From an uncultured Megasphaera sp. (GTDB lineage: Bacteria > Bacillota > Negativicutes > Veillonellales > Megasphaeraceae): DNA of 64,000 bases. This document shows positions 30,806 through 40,193 of the stretch, piece by piece. The position numbers were made by a program, and so were the translations under genes. Below the pieces are notes generated by a model. That model was not told the origin of the DNA. It made no database searches and saw nothing but the letters and a program-made list of their open reading frames with translations. The stretch lies in assembly GCF_900539295.1 (NCBI RefSeq), contig NZ_UQBH01000005.1, forward strand, positions 2,275-66,274, written 5' to 3'. Position 1 is the first letter of the stretch, and each line of letters begins with the position of its first letter.

Positions 30806-30860
30806 AAAAAAGAGCTTTTCCACGATAAGACATCATGGAAAAGCTCTTTTACAACCTCCT
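30806..30860 (-). terminator. Rho-independent terminator after etfA
   Basis: Perfect 12-bp stem AGAGCTTTTCCA / TGGAAAAGCTCT with a 13-nt loop, followed on the minus strand by TTTTTTCTTCTT. Confidence 0.75.
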
Positions 30861-30892
30861 ATGACCTGAACGCAAGGCTCATAGCAAGGGTT

Positions 30893-31894
30893 TTATCCTT
30901 TAATTTTGGCGATTTGTTTTTCCAATTCCGGCATAACTTCAAAGAGATCGCCAACGATGCCGTAGTGAGCAAATTCGAAAATCGGAGCATCGGGATCTTT
31001 ATTGACAGCAATGATCAATTCAGCATCCTGAATACCCAATTTATGCTGGATGGCACCGGAAATACCCATGGCGATGTAGATCTTCGGTGCAATTTTCTTG
31101 CCCGTAATCCCAATCTGTAAGTCATGGGGTGCCCATTCGTTATCGACGAGAGGCTTGGAAACGCCGAAGGCTGCACCGATGCGCTGAGCAAATTCCTGAA
31201 CGGCTTTCATGCCTTCTTCGTTCTGAACGCCGCGGCCGGCGCCGACGACGATTTCAGCCGATTCAATGGAAAGGCTTTCGGCTGCGTTTTCGACAGCTTC
31301 AAAGCTCGTTACTTTGACCGTCGGAGCATCGCCGCTGAAATCGACCTTTTCTTTGATGACTTCACCCGTGCGGGAAGAATCAGCCGGTACACCGTGGAAA
31401 ATCTTGTCGCTGACCGTACCGAGCTGCGGGCGGGTCGTCGTCTGGATCTTGACCAAGAGTTTGCCCGTGAAGGCCGGACGAATCCAAGTAAGCGTATCGT
31501 CATCGCCTTCGTGGAGAACGTCGATGCAATCGGCAACGAGGCCGACTTTCAATTCAGCCGACAGGCGGCCGCCGAGGTCACGGCCGTCCGGAGAACCGCC
31601 GATGAGGATGACACTCGGTGCGTATTTTCCGACCAAAGCCGCAATGGCTTTCGTATACAATACCGAGTCATACTTTTCAAGAATCGGATCTTCTACGGCG
31701 ACGACAGCGTCTGCACCGTAGGAAATCGCTTCGTCAGCCGCTTTGCTCGTATCGGCTCCAACGACATAAGCGACGACCTGTTCACCCTTCTTGTCGGCCA
31801 ACTGACGAGCCTTGCCCAATAATTCAATGCTCAGCGAGCTCAAGGCACTGCCGGCAATTTCAATATATACGCTGATGTTATTTTTCAATTCCAT
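30893..31894 (-). CDS. etfA: Electron transfer flavoprotein subunit alpha
   Basis: ETF alpha FAD-binding domain (...PKIYIAMGISGAIQH...); 333 aa. Confidence 0.9.
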   Translation of the reverse strand: MELKNNISVYIEIAGSALSSLSIELLGKARQLADKKGEQVVAYVVGADTSKAADEAISYGADAVVAVEDPILEKYDSVLYTKAIAALVGKYAPSVILIGGSPDGRDLGGRLSAELKVGLVADCIDVLHEGDDDTLTWIRPAFTGKLLVKIQTTTRPQLGTVSDKIFHGVPADSSRTGEVIKEKVDFSGDAPTVKVTSFEAVENAAESLSIESAEIVVGAGRGVQNEEGMKAVQEFAQRIGAAFGVSKPLVDNEWAPHDLQIGITGKKIAPKIYIAMGISGAIQHKLGIQDAELIIAVNKDPDAPIFEFAHYGIVGDLFEVMPELEKQIAKIKG

Positions 31895-31909
31895 AGTTCA
31901 GAGCCCTCC

Positions 31910-32692
31910 TTACAGTAAGTTCTTGGCAGTCAGATCTTTAACGAGATTAGCCGCAAGGTCCGCCGGTGTAGCACCTTCGATCATGATACCGACGGGGTTC
32001 GGTTCCGGTGCGAACATTTCCGTAACTTTCGTAGCCGAACCGGACTTGCCAACACTTGCTGCATCGAGGCCCAAATCTTCGATACGCCATACGTCGAAGA
32101 CAGCCTTTTTGGCAGCCATTTTACCGCGAATTTTCGGGGAACGCGGCGTATTGCTCTTGTCCGTAACCGAAACGACGGCCGGGACCTGAGCCTGAACCGT
32201 TTCCACACCGCCGTGGTTAGCACGAGTTGCCGTAATCGTCGTGCCTTCGACACTGACCGAATCAGCATAGGAAACGAGAGCGATATTCAAATACTGAGCA
32301 ACAGCCGGAGGAATCTGACCCGTATCACCATCGGTTGAGCGCTTGCCCGTAAATACCAAGTCGACGTCGCCGATTTTTTCAATAGCCTTCGACAAAATCA
32401 GGCCCGTTGCCAACGTATCGGACCCTGCCATGCGTTCATCGGATACGAGAACGCCTCTATCAGCACCGACTGCGATGCCGTCACGCATGACTTCCGCGGC
32501 TTGAGCCGTGCCCATGGTGATAAGGGTAATCGTGCCGCCCACTGCGTCTTTGACAGCGACAGCCGCTTCAATGGCATGTTTGTCAACAGGGTTAAGCATC
32601 GACGGAGCGCCGACACGGACCAGGTTATTATCTTGTGCAATTTCGATTTCGGAAACTGCCGGAACTTGCTTTACTAAAACTACAATATTCAT
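31910..32692 (-). CDS. etfB: Electron transfer flavoprotein subunit beta
   Basis: MNIVVLVKQVP... Start set to the ATG with a GGAGG RBS; the 15-aa extension in the track ORF is unsupported. Confidence 0.9.
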   Translation of the reverse strand: MNIVVLVKQVPAVSEIEIAQDNNLVRVGAPSMLNPVDKHAIEAAVAVKDAVGGTITLITMGTAQAAEVMRDGIAVGADRGVLVSDERMAGSDTLATGLILSKAIEKIGDVDLVFTGKRSTDGDTGQIPPAVAQYLNIALVSYADSVSVEGTTITATRANHGGVETVQAQVPAVVSVTDKSNTPRSPKIRGKMAAKKAVFDVWRIEDLGLDAASVGKSGSATKVTEMFAPEPNPVGIMIEGATPADLAANLVKDLTAKNLL

Positions 32693-32845
32693 AGAAGAAC
32701 CTCCTTTATAAGGACTGTAAGAATAGTGCATTCGCATATTGCGACTCTCTTATGTCCACTATTATACTCTATAATTAAAAATTTATCAATTAAGAATTGT
32801 TTTTAATTATATAATTTTTACAGTAAAAATCTCGTAAAGCCATCG

Positions 32846-32874
32846 TTGACAGACAGGCACTGTTCTTCTAAAAT
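32846..32874 (+). promoter_or_regulatory. Sigma70-type promoter for the OPT transporter gene
   Basis: TTGACA (32846-32851), a 17-nt spacer, then TAAAAT (32869-32874), about 70 nt upstream of the start codon and its GGAGG RBS. Confidence 0.6.
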
Positions 32875-32943
32875 TAAAGAGTCTACAATGGGTTAATCGT
32901 TTGATTTTCCAATGAAACTTTATACTTTTAGGAGGTTTTTATT

Positions 32944-34875
32944 ATGTCAGAACCAAACTCCGAACAACCGCGCTATGCCCCGCCTATGGCACCGGACAAA
33001 AGCTATGTTGAAATCAACGCCTACGTCGTCGGCTGGGGCCTGTTCTTTGCAGCCTTATTCGCCTTAGCCGTCGGCTACCTGTGTCTAAAAATCGGCCAGA
33101 CCGTCGACGCCTTTGCGCCGGTATCGGTCCTAGCCATGGGCATGGCCGTCCTCTTCAAACGGAAAAACGCCTTCCCGGAAACGGTCCACATCCAGGCCAT
33201 CGCCAGCGCCGGCACCAATATCATCGGCGGCGTCATGTTCATCCTGCCGGCCCTCTTCATCCTGCAGCTCGACAGCCAACTGTCTTTTGCCGAAATGGTC
33301 ATCCCCATCATCCTCGGCGGCGTCCTCGGCGTCCTCTTGGCCTCGACCTTCCGCCGCTACTTCTGCGAAGAAATGGATGCGGCCTACCCCTTCCCGTCGG
33401 GCCGGGCTGCTGCAGAAGTCCTGAGCTGCAACGAAGGATCTAAAGCCAAAGTCATGGTCTTCAGCGGTCTCCTGGCCATGGCCTACGACTTCGTCCTCAA
33501 CACCCTCGGCTGGTGGCAGGAAGTCCTGTCGACCATGACCTTTTCCTGGGGCCAGACCATTGCCGATAAATACAAACTAGCTTTCAGCCTCGACAACGAT
33601 GCAGCCCTTCTCGGTATCGGCTACTTCACGGGCCTTCGCTATGCGGCTATCATCGCAGCCGGTTCCTTCTTCTCGTGGTTCGTCTGCATCCCCGTCGTCT
33701 ATTACCTCGGCGGTGATCACGTCATGACCATCGGCGGCCAGTCGGTCCTCTTGGCCAATGCCTCCATCGACGACGTCTTCTCCCAGTACGTCCGTCATAT
33801 CGGCATCGGCATGCTGGCCATGGCCGGCATCATCGGCCTGGTATCCATGTCGGGCGTCGTCGGCCGAGTCATGAAAAGAGCCGCTACAGACATGTTCTCG
33901 TCGAACGGTCCTTCGGCAACGGATCTCCTCCGTACCCAGCAGGATATGCCCATGAGCCAGATCGTCACCGGGACCCTGGCCATGGACGCCTTATTCATCC
34001 TCTTCTTCCATGTCACCTGCTCCCAGAGCATTACCCAGACCCTCTTGGCCGGTGCCATCATCATTATCTTCTCCTTCATGCTGTCCGTCGTCGGCATCAG
34101 TTCCATCGCCTTTACAGGGAATGAACCGGTCTCGGGCATGACCATCTTCATGATCATCGTATCGGCCGTCCTCATGGGCAACGCCGGCATGAGCGGCAGC
34201 TCCGGCATCATCGCCATCCTGATCATGGCGGCCTTCCTCTGCGCCACCTTAGCCGTTGCCGGCAACTTCATGTCGGAATTGAAAGTTGCCTACCTCACGG
34301 GTGCTACGCCGAAGAAGATGCAGCAGTGGCAGATCGTATCTATCATCGTAACCAGCTTCGTTTCCGTCGGCGTCATCTTCCTCTTGAACCACGCTTACGG
34401 CTACACCGGCCCCGGCGCTTTGGCAGCTCCCCAGGCTAACGCCATGGCAGCCATCGTCAAACCGATGATGGACGGCGGTGCCGCTCCCTGGCCGCTCTAC
34501 ATGGCCGGTGCCTTCTTCGCCTTTATCCTGTGGATGATGAAAGTTCCGCCTTTGGCGTTTGCCCTCGGCGCGTACCTTCCTATGGAAATCAACACGCCGG
34601 TCCTCATCGGCGGCTTAGTCTCGTACTTCGTCTCGCACAGCAGCAAAGACGAAGCCCTCAACGAGCTTCGCCTCAGTGAAGGCAGCACCATCGCCTCGGG
34701 CTTCGTTGCCGGCGGTGCCATCGGCAGCCTCATCAGCGCCGTCCTCCACATCGGCGGTATCGACTGGTTCCTCAAAGATTGGGTCACGACGCCGGGCGCA
34801 ACCTATCTCGGCATCATCGCCTACCTGGCCCTCTGTGCCGTCATCTACTGCGTCGCCTGCCGCATCAAGGAATAA
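32944..34875 (+). CDS. OPT family oligopeptide transporter
   Basis: 643 aa with 14 or more predicted transmembrane segments and OPT-family conserved blocks near the N-terminus. Confidence 0.8.
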   Translation: MSEPNSEQPRYAPPMAPDKSYVEINAYVVGWGLFFAALFALAVGYLCLKIGQTVDAFAPVSVLAMGMAVLFKRKNAFPETVHIQAIASAGTNIIGGVMFILPALFILQLDSQLSFAEMVIPIILGGVLGVLLASTFRRYFCEEMDAAYPFPSGRAAAEVLSCNEGSKAKVMVFSGLLAMAYDFVLNTLGWWQEVLSTMTFSWGQTIADKYKLAFSLDNDAALLGIGYFTGLRYAAIIAAGSFFSWFVCIPVVYYLGGDHVMTIGGQSVLLANASIDDVFSQYVRHIGIGMLAMAGIIGLVSMSGVVGRVMKRAATDMFSSNGPSATDLLRTQQDMPMSQIVTGTLAMDALFILFFHVTCSQSITQTLLAGAIIIIFSFMLSVVGISSIAFTGNEPVSGMTIFMIIVSAVLMGNAGMSGSSGIIAILIMAAFLCATLAVAGNFMSELKVAYLTGATPKKMQQWQIVSIIVTSFVSVGVIFLLNHAYGYTGPGALAAPQANAMAAIVKPMMDGGAAPWPLYMAGAFFAFILWMMKVPPLAFALGAYLPMEINTPVLIGGLVSYFVSHSSKDEALNELRLSEGSTIASGFVAGGAIGSLISAVLHIGGIDWFLKDWVTTPGATYLGIIAYLALCAVIYCVACRIKE

Positions 34876-34895
34876 GCATAGCCTTAACTTAAAAT

Positions 34896-34955
34896 AGGAA
34901 AGGACTTCCTCGACCAGACCTGACAAGCTGACTAAGGAAGTCCTTTTCTATTTCG
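34896..34955 (+). terminator. Terminator after the OPT gene
   Basis: 12-bp perfect stem AAAGGACTTCCT / AGGAAGTCCTTT with a long loop, followed by TTCTATTT. Confidence 0.6.
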
Positions 34956-34986
34956 CTAACATTTGATATCCTATAGTTGATAGAGC

Positions 34987-35040
34987 CCACCACGCATAAG
35001 GCGGAAACGCACTGCGGGTGGGACTTTTTTTATTTTCTAA
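34987..35040 (+). terminator. Second strong plus-strand terminator hairpin 40 nt after the first (or the 3' end of a possible small RNA)
   Basis: CCCACCACGCA-loop-TGCGGGTGGG followed by ACTTTTTTTATTTT. Confidence 0.55.
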
Positions 35041-35064
35041 GAAAAGGCTCTCACCATCTCTTCT

Positions 35065-35100
35065 TATAGCGTATAAAAACGCCGACCATCTCACGATGAT
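35065..35100 (-). terminator. Terminator of the minus-strand zinc-ribbon membrane protein gene
   Basis: GCCGATCAT-cgtgag-ATGGTCGGC followed on the minus strand by GTTTTTA. Confidence 0.55.
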
Positions 35101-35111
35101 CGGCTTTCTCT

Positions 35112-35456
35112 TTAAAACGGAGCCCAAGGATTCAGCCAACGATAAACCATCTGGTCAGCGCCAAAATGGACGGCAATCATGCCGACGACAAAGACACCGA
35201 CGGCACAAGTGCCCGCTTTAATCAGATTCTGCTTGGTAGCCAGACTCTTTACAGCTTCCTTCATGTCCTGCAGTTCCTCGGCGGCAGTCCTGTTTTCCAT
35301 GGTGTCGGGCTCTTTCAATTCTTCGACGGCGTCTGCTTTCACTTCCGCAGCACTGCGTTCTTTCAGTTCGTGCCAAACGCAGGACTTGCACCATACGTTC
35401 CCGTCAAAACGGACAACCTTCTTTTTCTTCCCACAACAACTGCATTTCTTCTTCAT
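35112..35456 (-). CDS. Small zinc-ribbon protein with a C-terminal transmembrane helix (hypothetical)
   Basis: MKKKCSCCGKKKKVVRFDGNVWCKSC, C-terminal hydrophobic helix; GGAGGGA RBS for the internal ATG. Confidence 0.5.
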   Translation of the reverse strand: MKKKCSCCGKKKKVVRFDGNVWCKSCVWHELKERSAAEVKADAVEELKEPDTMENRTAAEELQDMKEAVKSLATKQNLIKAGTCAVGVFVVGMIAVHFGADQMVYRWLNPWAPF

Positions 35457-35810
35457 ATCCTTGCTCCCTCCAACCGACAAGACTCACGTCGGCCATCTTT
35501 TGTATATATTTTGGGTTTATTTTATTATATCATATATATACTTTATATGACAAAGAAGGCACGACCTGAGTCAAAAGCTCCGCCGTGCTCTTTTTGTCAG
35601 TCAACCAGTATGATAAATCCCATATTTACTTACAAATATGATCAAAGATATACTGCAGGGCCTCTTTGGCCTGGGCATACCGTTCCTCCGTTCCGCTCAG
35701 GAGACGGGCAAGAATGATAAAACCAATTTCACGGGACAATGACCGGACGTCATCTGTTGCAGTAGAACAATAGTCAAACCTGCCCCCCTATTCAGAAGGG
35801 CACGTTATCT

Positions 35811-36233
35811 TTATGTCCATTGAATTTTCATAAATTTAGGATACTCTTCTTCTATAGTACCTACGAGCATAAAAGCCATATCCAGAAGCACGGCGGGATC
35901 AAAGTGATCCTTTATAAACAGAGACCATCGCATGACGACATCGCCTTCATCACTGACGAAAAACTTGCCAAATCGATACCCCTGATTAAGTTCATTGATC
36001 AATCCCAATACGGCTTCTTTCTTTGAAGGATCTTCTATCTTGGCAATATCAAAAATGCCAAGGTCTACAAAGGTCTCTTCCTCGGAAAATTCATAAACCA
36101 CCGTAAGTATCTGATTGTTTTTAATCTCGTGCTGCGCAATAAAAGCCCGCGTCACGCCCTCATCATCAGTGAGCTCGCGATAGCGATATTCTCTTTCATT
36201 CAGATGATCTCTAAATAAATCCAGTTTGCTCAT
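35811..36233 (-). CDS. YbjN-like domain protein (putative sensory-transduction or chaperone-like regulator)
   Basis: About 140 aa with an acidic, YbjN-like alpha/beta pattern; GGAGG RBS 5 nt from the second ATG. Family call is tentative. Confidence 0.4.
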   Translation of the reverse strand: MSKLDLFRDHLNEREYRYRELTDDEGVTRAFIAQHEIKNNQILTVVYEFSEEETFVDLGIFDIAKIEDPSKKEAVLGLINELNQGYRFGKFFVSDEGDVVMRWSLFIKDHFDPAVLLDMAFMLVGTIEEEYPKFMKIQWT

Positions 36234-36404
36234 TGTTACCTCCATGATAAAAACAAATACGTATCATAACTTTCATTGCTTTTATCATAACACAAATAAC
36301 ACAGAGTCGTAAATATACGTACAATTTTCCCTAAAAAACGACCTCCCAAAGTCAGCTTTTTAATTCTAAACCTCAGGAGATCAAGGACAGCAAAATCGAT
36401 TTCA

Positions 36405-36986
36405 CTAGACATGAATCTTGAACAGGCCGTCACGATTGCAGTAGGCATAGATAAAGCCATGGCCCCGGCTCATGAACCGGCACTGCGCATCCTGTTCGGG
36501 GTACAGCTTCACCAAGGTATAGCGGTCGGCCGTCACATAGGCCATAAAGGAAATATAGTGCTCCTTGGTCATGGGATGGTCGATATGGACGAAGAACTCG
36601 TTTTCTATCATGTCATAGTCAATCTGATGATCTGACGACGCCTCTTCCACCGTAAGGACCGGTAATTTGACACCGCAGCAATGATACGCCCCTTCGCCAA
36701 AGCTGGTGATGATATTGCCGCAAATGGGACAGACGTAAAACTTAAGTTTTTTGACATTGGCCGATCGGTTATCGTTGACGGCATATTCACCGGCAAAGAG
36801 TTCTGCCACAGAAATCCCAAGGGCCTCGGCTAAGGGCGTGATCAAGGTAATATCGGGAAGGCCCTTGCCGGTCTCCCATTTCGAAATCGTCTTGTCGCTG
36901 ATACGCAGTTTCTCAGCTAAATCCTTTTGCGTGAGCTTCTTTTTTTCACGCAGTTCTTTTAACATCGTTCCTGATATATAGTTCAT
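36405..36986 (-). CDS. HTH-XRE transcriptional regulator fused to a desulfoferrodoxin-like module (Dx-type Cys4 site plus a SOR-like domain with His replaced by Asp)
   Basis: N-terminus has the XRE helix-turn-helix (LTQKDLAEKLRISDKTISKWE). The middle has the desulforedoxin motif CPICGN...HCCG (CxxC...CC). The C-terminus carries VHIDHPMTKEHYI...YCNRDG, aligning to the Dfx centre-II motifs (HPM..KH.I...YCNxHG) with the last His replaced by Asp. Confidence 0.6.
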   Translation of the reverse strand: MNYISGTMLKELREKKKLTQKDLAEKLRISDKTISKWETGKGLPDITLITPLAEALGISVAELFAGEYAVNDNRSANVKKLKFYVCPICGNIITSFGEGAYHCCGVKLPVLTVEEASSDHQIDYDMIENEFFVHIDHPMTKEHYISFMAYVTADRYTLVKLYPEQDAQCRFMSRGHGFIYAYCNRDGLFKIHV

Positions 36987-37170
36987 AGTAATTGCACCTC
37001 TTTCTGTTGCTATGACTATCTTAAAATAAAAGGGGCAATAATACTACCTACGGAGCGTAGAGTACCGGATTGTCTTACAAAAAGCAGACACAAACCTTCA
37101 TCATTTATGCTACAATAAAGAAAATATCACATTTTCATTGTTTTTTATTAACATTAAGGAGATGTTCCAT

Positions 37171-37662
37171 ATGCCCCGAAAGTTACTACTGACGCTCATC
37201 CTGTCTTTATGTTTTGCCTTACCTTGCTTGGCCCACTCCTATCCCCTGTCCGAAGCGTATATCGGTGGAGTCGGCCCTAACTGCACCATGAAATATGTCC
37301 AAAGTATTTATGGAGAGCCAAAATCAAAAAAATGGACAGCTACAGACGGCATCCGCAGCGTCACATATTATTACAGCCCCTTATATCAAGTCACGGGCAG
37401 AACCTGGGCCAATCATGCCATACCGGAAGACGAGTTTCCGGTCGTCGGATATACGGTAAAAGCAAATAATCTCACTACCCCGTCGGGCATTACCGTTGGC
37501 GTTCCTTATAGTACCGTTGCGAAAATGTATGGGCCTGGTCAACGATATGTCGAAAAAGGACGCGTAAAATATATTTATAGTTTGCCAAATCAACACGAAA
37601 TATCTTTTACCGTAAATAAAAAGGGTATCATTACAGAGATTTACCTGGGAACTGATTTTTAA
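37171..37662 (+). CDS. Secreted hypothetical protein, paralog A
   Basis: AAGGAG RBS; signal peptide MPRKLLLTLILSLCFALPCLA. Shares the blocks IGGV..T..YVQS.YG.P, N.L.TP.G..VG and a C-terminal KKG.I.EI motif with the 37746-38228 protein. Confidence 0.6.
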   Translation: MPRKLLLTLILSLCFALPCLAHSYPLSEAYIGGVGPNCTMKYVQSIYGEPKSKKWTATDGIRSVTYYYSPLYQVTGRTWANHAIPEDEFPVVGYTVKANNLTTPSGITVGVPYSTVAKMYGPGQRYVEKGRVKYIYSLPNQHEISFTVNKKGIITEIYLGTDF

Positions 37663-37696
37663 AGCCCTTACCGAGAATCGTAATTTAACGTAATGA

Positions 37697-37745
37697 CAAC
37701 AAAAAAACTTGCACAAAGGTCTTGTGCAAGTTTTTTGTAATTATC
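37697..37745. terminator. Bidirectional terminator between the convergent paralog genes
   Basis: CTTGCACAA-aggtc-TTGTGCAAG, flanked by AAAAAAA on the 5' side and TTTTTTG on the 3' side. Confidence 0.75.
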
Positions 37746-38228
37746 TCAAGGCGTCCAATAAATAGAAATTTCAGATATCTTCTTTTTATTATATTTGATC
37801 ATCATATTTTGTTCCCAACTGCCATTGCAGCGGTAGAAATGATTTCCTTTATACAACTCAGACGGACTAAAGTAATCGGTAACCACGGAGATATCCTGAC
37901 CAACGGAAAAGCCGGCTGGCGTCTTTAAGCCGTTATTCGCCGTCGTCCAAACTCGATGAACACCGCCTCTATCATTATACGTAATAAAAAAACTATTCCC
38001 ATAGCGTGCTGTATGAACAGTCTCAAACGTAACCGGATCTTGACTATAAGAAATATTATCCGGCGCACCGTAAACAGACTGGACGTAGGCTTCTGTCGAA
38101 GTTAAACTGACACCGCCAATGGCAATGTGGCTATTCCCGATATACGAGACCCGTGCATGAGCAAAGGACGAAAAGACCATGGTCAAGCAAAAAATCAGGC
38201 CCAACAAAACGACTATCTTCTTTTTCAC
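37746..38228 (-). CDS. Secreted hypothetical protein, paralog B
   Basis: Signal peptide MKKKIVVLLGLIFCLTMVFSSFAHA; shares sequence blocks with the 37171-37662 protein. Confidence 0.6.
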   Translation of the reverse strand: MKKKIVVLLGLIFCLTMVFSSFAHARVSYIGNSHIAIGGVSLTSTEAYVQSVYGAPDNISYSQDPVTFETVHTARYGNSFFITYNDRGGVHRVWTTANNGLKTPAGFSVGQDISVVTDYFSPSELYKGNHFYRCNGSWEQNMMIKYNKKKISEISIYWTP

Positions 38229-38241
38229 CTAAATCCCCTCC

Positions 38242-38517
38242 TTAGCGGTAATGTACATCTTCCTCGACGACTTCGCCATATTCATTGATGATGACACTGC
38301 TCGGGCCAATCCGCTGGGAGTGGAACAATACCTGATACCCCTCATCGACCACTTCAAGACCATAAATCATTACGCCGGGATACATTTCTGATACGATATC
38401 CTGCGCTTCATCGGCATCAATGGCAAAAACGACGGTCGTCGGCATAATGCCTCCCAGGCCGAAGGCGAGACTGATGCCTAATCCCCCAATGACTAAAGCT
38501 TTCTTCAAAAGATTCAC
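38242..38517 (-). CDS. Small PepSY-domain protein with an N-terminal membrane anchor or signal peptide
   Basis: 91 aa; hydrophobic N-terminus followed by a PepSY-like pattern (AQDIVSEMYPG...GYQVLF...VIINEYGEVVEE). Confidence 0.5.
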   Translation of the reverse strand: MNLLKKALVIGGLGISLAFGLGGIMPTTVVFAIDADEAQDIVSEMYPGVMIYGLEVVDEGYQVLFHSQRIGPSSVIINEYGEVVEEDVHYR

Positions 38518-38651
38518 AACGATACCTCCTAAAAAAACACAACAATGGTTATATATTACAGTTTCGACATAAAATTATATATTCCTTCTGGAAATTTCCA
38601 TGTCAATCCTATACGGAGGTTTTCGTTGTGATTCCCCGCCTTGACGTGATA

Positions 38652-40064
38652 TTAATTTTGATAGGCCAGTCTTTCCTGCCCGACTCCAAATCGGTGTGCC
38701 GGACGATACCATAAGAGCAGGGCAAAGATGCAGACGGCAGTCACGGCCAGGCTGACCGGGTAGGCCATCATGATCCAGTAGAATTCACGATGCTGCGGAA
38801 AGACGGCAAAAATCCAAAAGAGGCGACTACCGCAGATGGTGATGGTCGTAACGGCAGCCGGCAGCAAGGAAATGCCGAAGCCGCGCATATAGCCGGACAT
38901 GTTTTCATATAAAACAGTGAATATGTAGGCAACAAAGATGATTTTCAGACGAAGCATACCGAGTTCAATGACGGCCGGATCCGGAGAGAAAAGGGATAAA
39001 AGAAAGGGCCCGAACGAGAAAATCAGGAAAACAGCGGCTACAGAGGCAATGATGTCTTCGAAGAGAGCAATCTTGAAAATGCGGCGGCAGCGGTCAAGGT
39101 AGCCGGCACCATAATTTTGACCGACAAAGGTCGTGCAGGCCTGGCTAAAGGAATTGAGCAGGTCATAGGTGATCATTTCAAGGTTAAAAGAAGCCGCCGA
39201 AGCAGCAATCGCATTCGTCCCCAAGCTATTGATAGCCGCTTGAATAACGATATTAGCAAAGGTAAAGACGCCGCTTTGAACGCCTGCCGGAAGGCCGATG
39301 GCGATAACCGAACGGACGCAGTCCCAGTGAATGCCGATATCTTTGACCTGCAGCTGAATATAGCGGTGGGGCCGCATCAACAGGCGGAACAAGACGCCGG
39401 CACTAACGGCGTTGGCAATCACGGTAGCCAAGGCGGCACCGGCGACATGAAGGTCGAGGACGGCGACGAAAAACAGGCTTAGGATTACATTTACCAGTCC
39501 CGACACGATGAGTACCTTTAAAGGCATGCGCGTATCGCCGACACTTCGAAAGACAGCCGATTCAAAGTTGTACAACAGGATAACCGGCAGCCCCAAAAGA
39601 TAAATCCGTAAAAAGAGTACTGCCGACGGCAATACATCAGCAGGTACATTCAGAGATCCGAGAAGCGGTGCCGCCACGCCTTCCCCTGCGAGGGCTACGG
39701 CGACGCCGATGACCAAAGCCATGATGACGGCTGTATGTACCGTATGGGTTACAGTCAGTCGGTCCTTACGGCCGATGGCATTGGCGATGACGACGTTGAC
39801 ACCCAATGCCAGTCCGATAAAAAGGTTTAGAATTAAGCCGATGATGGGGATATTAGCCCCGATGCCGGCGACGGCAATCGTATTGGCGGCCCCACTGAAA
39901 TGACCGACCACGGCCAAGTCAGAAGCCAGAAACAGTTGTTCCAAAATGACCGTCGCTGCTACCGGCAAGGCAAAGAGAGGAATTTTATCCCAGAGCGAGC
40001 CGTGCAGCATGTCAATCTTAAACATTTTTTGATTTACGTGATGAATTGTATTTGTTTCTTCCAT
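38652..40064 (-). CDS. MATE family efflux transporter
   Basis: 12 transmembrane segments with MATE motifs. Start set to MEETNTIHH, which has an AGGAGGA RBS. Confidence 0.8.
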   Translation of the reverse strand: MEETNTIHHVNQKMFKIDMLHGSLWDKIPLFALPVAATVILEQLFLASDLAVVGHFSGAANTIAVAGIGANIPIIGLILNLFIGLALGVNVVIANAIGRKDRLTVTHTVHTAVIMALVIGVAVALAGEGVAAPLLGSLNVPADVLPSAVLFLRIYLLGLPVILLYNFESAVFRSVGDTRMPLKVLIVSGLVNVILSLFFVAVLDLHVAGAALATVIANAVSAGVLFRLLMRPHRYIQLQVKDIGIHWDCVRSVIAIGLPAGVQSGVFTFANIVIQAAINSLGTNAIAASAASFNLEMITYDLLNSFSQACTTFVGQNYGAGYLDRCRRIFKIALFEDIIASVAAVFLIFSFGPFLLSLFSPDPAVIELGMLRLKIIFVAYIFTVLYENMSGYMRGFGISLLPAAVTTITICGSRLFWIFAVFPQHREFYWIMMAYPVSLAVTAVCIFALLLWYRPAHRFGVGQERLAYQN

Positions 40065-40193
40065 AGTAAGTCTCCTCCTAACGACACTCATTATAGTGCT
40101 ATCATCATTTCATAGCAAAGACCTATAAACTATCATTATCATAGTTTACAGCAATGGTACGTCATGCTACAATGAACCTGAAAGGAGACTCTC

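Noticed and set aside
35637-35750. 37-codon plus-strand ORF (MIKDILQGLFGLGIPFLRSAQETGKNDKTNFTGQ) in the zinc-ribbon/YbjN intergenic region
   Set aside because: No RBS and no recognisable family; too short to support without expression or conservation data.
36236-36460. 74-aa minus-strand ORF bridging YbjN and the HTH-Dfx gene
   Set aside because: It overlaps the 3' end of the HTH-Dfx gene in another frame and spans an AT-rich intergenic region; likely spurious.
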